55,804 nt of DNA from contig JAQGDQ010001201.1 in the NCBI GenBank assembly GCA_030141605.1, positions 1-55,804 of the forward strand, written 5' to 3'. Under the pieces are notes generated by a model, which was given only the letters and a program-made list of their open reading frames with translations, searched no databases and had not been told where the DNA came from. The position numbers were made by a program, and so were the translations under genes. Source of the DNA: Tubiluchus corallicola (Eukaryota > Animalia > Priapulida). Shown one piece after another: positions 40,301 to 52,300 of the stretch (the stretch's first letter is position 1; the number at the start of each line of letters is the position of its first letter).

Positions 40301-43300
40301 TTGCATCTATATATTAATATTCTTGGTGGGACTCTTGGAAGGAGATATACAGCTCCTTAGAAAGAGGATGAACGGGGCTACACGACGATGTGGGCTGCAT
40401 TTTAGGATACGTCCACTGAGAGGAGTGCTGACGAGTTAATTAGATGTTCTATTTTTGGCAATTTTTGCTTAGAAAACTGCTGACGCAAAGCCATTGTTCT
40501 GATGTCATCCATTATACTCTGCCTATAACTTTAATTCAGTAAAAGCTGCCGCTCGCTTTGCGGTAGGTAAATAAACGAACACTAGGTAGGATGTTCGCGC
40601 ATTTTTGATTATGAGTGTATTTTGTGCGCAAATTTTTTTGCGGGGCCTTTGCTAGTGAAATTATTATTATTCTCAAGTTTGTTCAGTCGAGTTTATTTAC
40701 CTTTTAGCTTGCGCTTGCAACAATCACGGTTCGTTGTGTAACAGAAGCACGGGGAAATGCTTTTGCACCACTAAAGGTATCGAAGGCAACAACTGCGATG
40801 CTTGCGATGAAACCAACCGTTACTATGGCGACCCGACACACGGAGGAACCTGCTATTGTACGTAAATAACGTCAACAGTTTGTGGTTTTTGAATTATTCG
40901 TACGGGGTGTCCCAGAAGAAATGGTGAAGTAGAAAATAGTGTGCTCAAATTCGAGCGTCCTAAAATCAAAGTGTATGGTAGAAAGATTGAAATTATGGAT
41001 CTATAATTCTATTTTTGCATGATGATGTCATGATGCAGACATTTGCGATCAGGTTGTTCGTGATTTAATCGCCACATTTATACGGAGCTGTTTTTTCCGG
41101 AACGCCCTGTACAGCCCTGTAGAAAATTTTACAAGTTAAGTAGTTCGTTTCCTTGCTGAAATATAATGTTAGATTGTTACGATTTTGAGCAAATCTCATT
41201 CAATAGAAACGGAAGTATTTATGATGCGTTGTGACGTAGTGCGTCAGTTAGTCAGTTAGTTGAACGACTAAAGTCAAGCTAGTGCCAGTTTTACTCATGC
41301 TGGATTTGCGGTAATTATTTAAACCAGTTTGTTGTGCAGCTCGATTCAGCAGCTGTTCATGTTTGTTCATGCGCATCTTAGCGGTGTTGCTGATGCTGAG
41401 GCTAATCTTGAGAGCATCATCAGACCTCCCTTCTTGTCAGTCAGGTTTCGTGAAATCACTAGTAAATACTGGATGTTCCAAAAATTCCTTACCAATTTTG
41501 ATTTTCAATTTTCTTTACCGCAAGTCGACCAACGACGCTTGTCTTGTCGTAAACTGTTTCTCAGTAATTGAGAACTTTTTTGAGTCAACGTTTGAAGTTT
41601 TGTTCCATTTTCTTCTTCGGCGTTTTTCTTTTTCTTTTACTGACTCAAGAGCAGACGTGTAAAAGTGTAGCGTGGCTTTACGTAGAATGTACGTCGTATG
41701 TAGGTGCAAACTAAAATCGCTTATGTAAACTTGCGAAGCCAAGTTTGTTGCTACCAAGATTATCCGGAACGCAATTCGCAAAAAATTTTTGGTTATGGTT
41801 TTCATTGTTTACTTTTGAGTCGACGTGGTTGCAGAAAAAACAGCGAAAAATTTCATACGTCGACTCGAGAAACTTTCAACAATCGAGGAAGTGTTTCCCA
41901 CCACGTGAGGTCATTGGTCAATTGGCCACAAGGAAAATTGAAAATCAGATTTAGTTAGGAACTTCTAAAGCACCCTGTATTGTCTTAAAGATAATTGATA
42001 AACCAAAAGCTTAGGTAACGATAAGCTGGAATTTTATTCAAATTTTGAATCAGTTTATTTATTTTTGTTGTTATTACATTTGCAATTTGTTGGTGTCACC
42101 TCTGTCCATCGTACAAGTTGGTTCTCTTTAGAGCAGGGGTGTGCGAATTATCTGACTAGCCGGGCCACATCAAACTTTCCTGCAATTCCTGCGGGTCACA
42201 CTCAGTTTGATCAAGGAGTCAAGTACAGAAGGGCCTAATAACAATTTTTTGCATCCGACCTGCATACATTATTACTACTACACTCAAGAAACTATTTTAG
42301 AAGTTATTAAAATTTATATTACAAACCATATATTTCTACTTTCAGGACTGATAGTGGTAATTTCATTACAATGCATATTAGTAATGTGTATCACACAGTC
42401 TGTGTAGTACAGTGACATTAAGCTACAACCGTCTTGTAAGGGTTAATGGCATCCGATCTAGTAGAAAAAACTACCCGCACTATCTTTGGGATCGTGGCAC
42501 GGACTTCAGCTGGATACACTCAATTAATCGCCCGGGCCGCACAAATTCTCTCGGCGGGCCACAAGTGGCACGCGGGCCGCAATTTGCACACCCCTGCTTT
42601 AGAGAATCTAACAGATTCGAGTCGTTATTGATTTCTAGATAATCTAACGCTGGGCTATCAGTACACGTTTAATCTGACCAAGAGCCGGGATGAACACTTC
42701 ACGGCAATTAACTTCTTCATCCTTCCTAATCAGGTAGTTAACAAAGACATTTCTGCACGTTCGCATGCTACACGGTCGTATGCTACATGGTCGTATGCTA
42801 CATGGTTGTATGCTACATGGTTGTATGCTACACCGTCGCATGCCTCGTGGCTGCATGCATCTCGGTCGTATGCTTCACGGTCGCATGCCTCGTGGCTGCA
42901 TACATCTCGGTCGTATGCTTCACGGTCGCATGCCTCGTGGCTGCATACATCTCGGTCGTATGCTACACGGTCGTATGCTACATGGTTGTATGCTACACGG
43001 TCGTATACTACATGGTTGTATGCTACATGGTTGTATGCTACACCGTTGTATGCTCCTTGGTCGCATACCTCGTGGCTGCATACATCTCGGTCGTATGCTC
43101 CTTGGTCGCATGCCTCGTGGCTGCATACATCCCAGTTGTATGCTCCTTGGTCGCATGCCTCGTGGCTGCATACATCTCGGTCGTATGCTGCTTGGCCGCA
43201 TGCCTCGTGGCTGCATACATCTCGGTTGTATGCTTCATGGTCGCATGCCTCCTGGCTGCATACATCTCGGTCGCATGCCTCGTGGCTGCATACATCCCAG

Positions 43301-46300
43301 TCATATGCTTCACGGTCGCATGCCTCGTGGCTGCATACATCCCAGTCGTATGCTCCTTGGTCGCATGCCTCGTGGCTGCATACATCTCGGTTGTATCTCC
43401 TTGGTCGCATGCCTCGTGGCTGCATACATCTCGGTCGTATGCTTCATGGTCGCATGCCTCGTGGCTGCATACATCTCGGTCGTATGCTTCACAGTCGCAT
43501 GCCTCGTGACTGCATACATCCCAGTCGTATGCTCCTTGGTCGCATGCCTCGTGGCTGCATACATCTCGGTTGTACCTCCTTGGTTGCATGCCTCGTGGCT
43601 GCATACATCTCGGTTGTATCTCCTTGGTCGCATGCCTCGTGGCTGCATACATCCCAGTCGTATGCTTCACGGTCGCATGCCTCGTGGCTGCATACATCCC
43701 AGTCGTATGCTTCTTGGTCGCATGCCTCGTGGCTGCATACATCTCGGTCGTATGCTTCATGGTCGCATGCCTCGTGGCTGCATACATCTCGGTCGTATGC
43801 TTCACGGTCGCATGCCTCGTGGCTGCATACATCCCAGTCGTATGCTCCTTGGTCGCATGCCTCGTGGCTTTATACATCTCGGTTGTACCTCCTTGGTTGC
43901 ATGCCTCGTGGCTGCATACATCTCGGTTGTATCTCCTTGGTTGCATGCCTCGTGGCTGCATACATCTCGGTTGTATCTCCTTGGTCGCATGCCTCTTGGC
44001 TGCATACATCTCGGTCGTATGCTTCATGGTCGCATGCCTCGTGGCTGCATACATCTCGGTCGTATGCTTCACGGTCGCATGATTCTTGATCGCATGCCTT
44101 ATGGTCGCATGCTCGTTGGTTGCATGATTTCCGAGAATGCTAAAATACTGACCCAGAACTTTTATACAACTACGTGCTGATGGTCGATGTCTCCGTGTGG
44201 GATGGAAAAAGAAAATTGCATTCAAGTGTGCCGTTATGATGCTGGCGCACACGGATACAACATTTCTTAAATGATCGATATCCCGGTGTTTTTTACACAC
44301 TCATTGTCTTGTAAAACTTGACAGTAGATAATTAAAAAAAACTTTCGAAGTTACTGGTGCAAAATTTGTCCTATAATTCTATTTGTTACAGTTGGCTGTT
44401 TTTTATTGGTTTTTTGGTGATAATTAGCAAAAATATATTAATTATCATGTTGTAAACAAACGAGAACAAATGTGTCATGGCGAAACAGACCTCTTTATAG
44501 ATGCAAGACATTTTAACGTATTAGACGGTCCGTTTCAGATGACATGTTTTAGCAGTAAAATTTGGTCAATTTGAAAAGATGTTCAACTTATAAAATTTTG
44601 AACTGTTTGAAGAAAACGTCCAATTTCTTAACGATTTAATACTTACCTTTACTCCCGCTGACCGCTAGTATCCCTGCTTACCTTTGACCAAATGATTTTA
44701 TGTATTTTCTGACCTTAGGTTCGGTCGCGTTATGACCGATGTCCTTCATCCGAGGAATTAGTTCGAACTAATATGTGAACAAACCTTCTGTTCTAATAGT
44801 AGCACTGCTTTTAAAGCTGTTACGTGTTGTTATAACTTTACCCGTTGTTTTCATGTGAACCGCATCGTGGCGTTGCATGTTACGACACGTTTTTTTGCAT
44901 GTTTAACGTTCCCGCATGCTTACAGATCTGTTAAACATAGACTATCAGTTCACGTTCAACCTGTCTAAACCAGACGATCTCTACTACACGACGATCAACT
45001 TCAAAAATTCCCCCAAGGTAAGATGGCTTTACTACATAGTAGGGTTGTTAAAGGAGAAGGATACACGATTCTTACGTAAAGCTGAAAAACATTCATTTTG
45101 AAATTTTACACCACTCACGTACTGTCTTTTTGCATACAGGGCTTGCATTGGCAGTAAAGCTATATGAAACATGTAAATTTAAACTCCTGCGATGACTGTA
45201 AGTCGCAGCCATTTTAACAGAATGTCTTTTGAAACACGTTTACACTGAGTAAAGTTTGATAAAATACTCAGAGCTTTCGTGGCGCCCTCTTCGCAAACTA
45301 AGCGAAAGTGTAAACTGCTTCATGTTGCCAGGAAGATTAAAAAATATGTTTCTTGGTGAACCAGTGGTGCACACTGGGATGGTGATGCAATGACGTTTTA
45401 CTAGCTGGCACGAACATTTACCAAGAATTTTTTTTCTACTTATGTAAGTCTTTTGAACAAGCAAGCGTAATGCTAAGTAATGTAACGTTGTATGTAAACT
45501 GTTTTAAGATATGCTTTAAAATTCACTTTTCTACCCATTTAAACAAAATTTACTCTATCACAGCATATCATATCGTATCATATCATATCATATCATACCA
45601 TACCATATCATATCATATATCAATCATATCATATCATATCATAGCATATCATATCGCAGCATATCATATCATATCATGTCATATATCATAGCATATCATA
45701 TCATATCATATATCAATCATATCATATCGTATCATATCATATCGCAGCATATCATATCATGTCATATCATATCATATCATATCATATCATATATCATATC
45801 ATATCATATCATATCATATCATATCATATCATATCATATCATATCATATCATATCATATCATATCATATCATATCATATCGCAGCATATATCATATCATG
45901 TCATATCATATCATATCATATGATATGATATCATATCATATCCTATCATATCATATCATATCATATCATATCCTATCATATCATATCATATCATATCATA
46001 TCATATCCTATCATATCATATCATATCATATCATATCATATCATATCATATCATATCGCAGCATATCAGCATATCATATCATATCAATATCATATCATAT
46101 TGTAGCATATCATATCGCAGCATATCATATCATATCAATATCATATCATATAATATATTGTACCATATCATATCATATCAATATCATATCATATCATATT
46201 GTAGCATATCATATCAATCAATATCATATCATATCAGTCAATATCATATCATATCATATCAATCAATATCACATCACATCACATCACATCATATTGTAAC

Positions 46301-49300
46301 ATATCATATCGCAGCATATCATATCATATATTGTGTGACGGTTTACCTTTAAACGGCACAAATTCATTGCTCACCGATGACACCATTCTGTGCGAAAACA
46401 AAATTTTCATATCAATGCGATAGTCACAAACTATCGTAAGATGTCAATATGTATCTTTATTGTTATCATCCCTACTGTGTAGTAGTTGCATGCCACGTTA
46501 GTTGTGGGCATTAATTAGTTTCTAATTAAAAACTGCTTCATTGGCCAAGGTTGTTTTTCTGTTAAAACATTTGTTCATGATTTGAGATTGGTTATTTCAA
46601 TTATTCGTTTATATTAATTGTGTCGCTTAATTATTTTTAATCTTAATTTGGAGATTTTCTGTTGATTCTTGGTGCGAAGAATTCTTGATTGTCGAATTCT
46701 TGTAAATAAAGTTAACTCGAAAGAAAAAATGTGGAAAAAGTCGGGACTGTGCATGGATTTGAACTAGAAACCTTTGCGTGACAAGTCTTGACTACAATGA
46801 GAAAGGTCGATGGTTAGTTATCATGGTTCATATTGATTATTACATATATATATGTGTGTGTGCTTGCATAGCAAAAGCGTCCATAAGTCGGCAATCAAGC
46901 TTTTCTAGTTATTCACGTATCCTGAATCTACATTTCACGAGGATCATTTTGATACCAAGTTCATCACTCTATGTTATTTCTAAGCAGAGATAATCCATGT
47001 TGAAGTTGAGGTGCAGGCTGCACACTGAAAAACATAATCTTGAGAAAATCACTGTTAAAGTCAGCCATTGTTTTTTGTTGCATTTCTACAAAACACTTAG
47101 CAACCATAGGAAAGTGTGGTTGCTATGCATGTTGCACGAAAACATTGAAGTTATGCTTAAATCCAGTAGATGGCTCTTCTTGATGAAGATCTGGGCTTGG
47201 CAACAGAAAAACCCGAAGCAAAATGACTGCTTCCACGAGCTGCTATTAGAGTTTGAAAATACAAGTTTTTCACAATTGCAATACTAGGTTCTAGCCAGAA
47301 AAGTGGGTAAAGAGTAGAGTAAAATTAGATTGTTGGTATTTTTATACACTTTCTTGATAAGTTGATGCTAGACTATAAAACTCCAATATATTTAGCGTTG
47401 GTTTTTATAAAATATGAAAAATTGACATTTGACCAAATTTCTGGGTCATTCTACTTTGAAGTATCATAACATAGTTTTAACCCTTTCATACCCGTTGTAT
47501 CCCGTGGGATACGATAATATTTCCTGCCTTTAAAATTAATAAAGTTATTTGATCTGTTGAAAGTTATTTTGATTCAAGCCAATAACAATAGACTAAAAAT
47601 GGTGATAAAATGGCAAACTAGAAAATCTACATAGCATAAAAAACTGCGCAAGGTACAGTACTTTAGAGACGACTTTGTACAGATCAGCATAGCGTGCATA
47701 CTAAATGTCTTAAATACTTTAATAAATTATCAGCAGTTGCAAAATGAAGCACATTTTATGCTTCCATTGAATCCCAATGTATCCCGTAGGATACAGGCTA
47801 TATTTAGCACGCGGGCACAGGTAGAAAAAAAATAATTATTATGTGTAAACAAGATGGACATACTGAACAAAAGTACCAAGCCAAAAAATTGTTTCTTATT
47901 AAAAAATAATTTGGGACTGAAAGGGTTAACCATGCCGACTTGTGGACGGTTTTGCTTCGCAAGCAACACGTGTAATATACTTTTTGTTGCTTTAACTTTA
48001 ACTAAATATTTTGTCAAAATGTTTTGAAATTTTTTCCCGTTAATTTCTGCGTTTTTTCAATTTCAGGAGGACAAAGACGTGGAGTTTCAGATCAGCTGCT
48101 CTAAGTTGGCACAAGTCAACATAACTTGGAAAGAAGATGGTAAATACGCAAATCTGAATATCATTTTTTTTTAATTTCCATAGCTGTTGGTTAGCAATTC
48201 TTCTGTGTATCTAAAGTTATTCAAAAGGCTGTAAAGACAATAACGGCCATCCAATATTGCCGAATTGTAACTGTGGATTTCGATTTGAGTCTGTTAAACA
48301 CTTTTTGTTGCACTGACCATTGTATCAACAAACTAGGGTTGTTATGTTTGATAAATTAAATGAAATACTTCTGCCTGAAAACCTTAATATAACTGCCTTA
48401 GGAACTAATGATCTGTTGAAGTTGTTATTATTCGGAAAAGATGAATTTAGCTATGTTACTAACTGTAAAATATTCCAATGTATACATGACTTTATATTAC
48501 GTACTAAACGCTTCCAGTAGTTTCTATCTGATATAAAATGCATCATTCTTAAATAATCGTACATTAATATTTACTAACCTTCATTTTCTACTAATGTCTA
48601 ATGTATCACTGTAGTAAAACTTTAGTATACTAAAGGATACTAAAAACTAAGTATAGTCTATTCTTACTGTAAATGTTTTTGTAAATAGTGTATAAATTCT
48701 GTTGTGGTGAGGATCCTAAATCATGTTGTACAAACTGTCTGATCCAATCCTAAATAAATTATGTTTAAACTAAAGTCATTCAAACTGCTTAGCAAGCCCT
48801 CGTGATTTCCAACTGCGTGTAAAAATACCCACTTTTTAACGGATCGTATATTTGTTTTACTACGGCCAAATCGCGTTGAAAACACTAGTTCTCGTCTGAT
48901 CACCGAAGTTAAGCAATATAGAGTCTGGTTAGTGCTTGGATGGTTGACCACCTAGGAATACCAGGTGCTGCAGGTTTGCGAGATGCCCACACTGTATCTT
49001 GACACTAGGCGAAGGAGCTGCACAAGCAGCAGCCAACGGCTAGAGGGCGGAGGAGGTCAAGCAACCCAACGGCCATGTGTAGAGGAGTAAACCTTCCAAA
49101 TCAGGAGTGGAGCCCCGAAGGCGGACCAGTGCAGCATGCTCACTGACTCCGGCAGCTCCTGCAGCCAACCCGGTGCCAAATGTATCACTCCGCTTTCCTT
49201 TGGATTACACCAGGGAGGAAAAGAGGGGGTTCCTGTTGTCTGGGCAACTCAGGATCTCCATACACCTTGCCCAGGCGTGCGTCCTGGAGACGTTCAAGGA

Positions 49301-52300
49301 TCGGACTGCTCAGCCACAGTCGACGCTGCAGCTCCATCAATGTGATCAACAACTGACTCTCTTGGCGCACACTCCATTGTCTTCTGAGACAGAAGGATGC
49401 CAACAAGACCAACAATATTTGTTTTGGAAACGCAATAAACACACAAACTTTCTACCATTTTGTAGAACTTCTTTTCAAGTTTCACAAATTCCGCTATAGT
49501 TTTGTTTATAATGGAAATTGCTACCAGGTGCACGGTAGTCTAAATTATAGGCAGAAAGTCAAATTTGCGAAAACTGACCCGTACACTTGTATCTCAGTTT
49601 GCCGGACAAAAGCGGGGAGATGTGGGTCCGAATGTGCCAATTGTCTGCATTCCACGTGAATCTGATCATCATCATCATTTTACTTTTCATTGTCATTTCT
49701 TTGCTTTTTCTATCACCGTTGTATTTCATTCTCCTTATATATTTTATTTCGCGCATTCTGCATTTTTTCTTTCCCTTCCGCCTTTACAAGTTCATCTGCA
49801 AGGCCTGAGCCGATTTCCGAATATCTTGGAAATTTTAAATTTTGTTTTGTTTCATTGTAGGAAATGTGTGTATTGTAATATATCATGTATGTGACATTGT
49901 ACATAATGTCACAGCATTTTGGAAAATAAACTAAACTAAATTGAACACATCTTGATAATCTTATTAGATATATTGTCGTTGAAAGGAAGAAAGGATGATT
50001 TTTCATAAACCACCCCAAGTATTCACTTTAACACAATTAATACTGAAAAATCATTTCTGATAGTTAAACAAAGATTAAAAACTTAATTAATGGTGAACGA
50101 GCCCAATTATTGATGACATCACAAACTAACATAATTTTCAACACAAACATATTCCACGAGCGTGTTCCAAGTGTTTGCGAAAGTGCAAATTGAAGGACAG
50201 TGCTACTGTAAGATATTCAGTGTGTTGTACTAAAACTAGGCAAGTTTTAAGATAAAAATTCAAATTTCAAATTTACCGCTGTGCTTACGCATGAACATGT
50301 GTAGTACGTCACAAACTAACACATCTGAATAGAGAGGTACTGCACCCACCTGTTTTTTGCGCAATGCATTTCCGAAATGCAAGCGCTAGTGCATGTCTAA
50401 CTAGCAAATGGCGAATGCATGTAACAGTGAAGAACTAGCGGCGCAATCGCGAAATTGTGTTTGAGATTGGGTCCAGTTATGCTTTAATTTTACCTATCAT
50501 TAATAATCAAAATTAACAACCGATTTCTCCTACAGATGGCTTTGAAGGAGAGACGCCCGTGTTTAGTATCGAATGTTCGGAGTTCAAGACGAAGTTCTCG
50601 CGACACATTTACACATTTGGAGAGAAGAATTTCACTTTTTACGTCTACGTTTCTAACTTTAAGACTCCGTTTTGGTTAAAGGTACGTAGTTTATGCGTAA
50701 ATAAACCATTTTTTGATCAGTTCTTGCTGTCGTGTTAAGCGAAAGCTGTTCTTTGGGTAGTTTTGCCCTGTAGAATTATTTCTTCCTGTTAGATAAGTAA
50801 TTAAGATTAACTGCCATTGGCTTCCCACCGTTCGCAGGTCGCCGGTTCAATTCTTGACTGAGTCATATCAAAGATTTTAAAGTGTTTAAGACGTTTAGTA
50901 TGCATGCTATGCTGGTCTGTACAAAGTCGTCTCTAAAGTGCTGTACCTTGCACAGTTTTTATGCTATGTAGATTTTCTAGTTTGCCATTTTATCACCATT
51001 TTTAGTCTACTGTTATTGGTTTAAATCAAAATAACTATTAACAGATCAAATAACTGTCAGTTTTAAAATTTTATTAATTTTAAAGGCAGAAAATATTCTC
51101 GTATCCCACGGGATACAACGGGTATGAAAGGGTTAACAGAGAAATAACGCAGTACAGAAAGTCAGGTTTACTCACATGTGCTGGAAATGCATTTAATGTT
51201 TTTCTATTTTGCAGATTGCATTCTCTCAGAACAATCCTATAGATCTACTGCAATTTTTCGTAACATTTTTTGGGTGAGTAACAAAAATTTTCGTTCGCGA
51301 AATGAAACAAACTACACTCATATCTCGGTTTGCCGGACAAAAGCACGAGGCGTCTGTCCAAATTTGCCGATTGTCCTAATTATACTAAGCTAATATAGTA
51401 GGCGCCGTATATTACAGTAATGTAGAATCAGTTGCACAATTGTTTCAGAAACATTTAGTACAGGCCTCTCCTGACATACAAGCTACATACGTGTCGTTAC
51501 ACGCTGCTTGGTTGCACTGAGGTAGTAATGTAATCAAAGTGCCGGCCCACCCACTAGCGGACAGCTTCCAAAACAACAGGCCATGTCCGTAGTATGCGGG
51601 ACTTTTTAACGGTCCAGATTTTGTCCGATTCTTATGATAACCGTGAAAGTGAGGTACGGTAAACAAAGATATGAGCGTACATTCAAGTTGGTTTAGTTCG
51701 GATCTGCATAATTCGGATTTTTCAATAATTATTTTATGTCACATGTTAGTCAGAGTTTACTGTGATCCTGTGATGTATGTTGTTTCCACTGGAAAAGTAA
51801 AATTCTTCTCATTAAAGGAAAGGAACGCAAAGATTTGAAGGAAAGGCCTAGCCGTCTGGGAAGCTAGACTTATTTCGATGTTCGCGAAAAATGTTAGAAG
51901 CGTTTAGTAAGAAGTGTGATAAGCAACTCGTGTAATTAGTAAAACCAGTTTAAAATCATGATCATATCACGCTTGGACACTCCCATTTTGAACGTCCGTT
52001 TTTCCACCAATGACGTCATTCATCAACTGAAGGAAAGCAGCTCGACGTCAATTTCTGTAAAAAGTACAAGTTTTCTGCAGAAAATCAAATAGGTAATTTT
52101 GTGATATTTTTGCACGAACATTTGGTAAACTGCAGAAATTTGAAATCGTTTAATCAGTGTGCGGTCACGGAAAGCCGCACTGTGCGCACAAAGTTCACCA
52201 GTCATCAGTGTGCGGTCACGGAAAGCCGCACTGCGCGCACAAAGTTCACCAGTCATCAGTGTGCGGTCACGGAATGCCGCACTGCGCGCACAAAGTTCAC

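Noticed and set aside
42730-44300. ORFs of up to 471 aa on both strands
   Set aside because: Produced by a 15/45-bp minisatellite; open in many frames at once, with no domain signal.
45676-46299. 207-aa (SYHII)n ORF
   Set aside because: (ATATC)n microsatellite.
48859-48977. Functional 5S rRNA gene
   Set aside because: Solitary, substituted in the stems, no T4+ terminator after the head, and continues into a SINE body inside one TSD pair.
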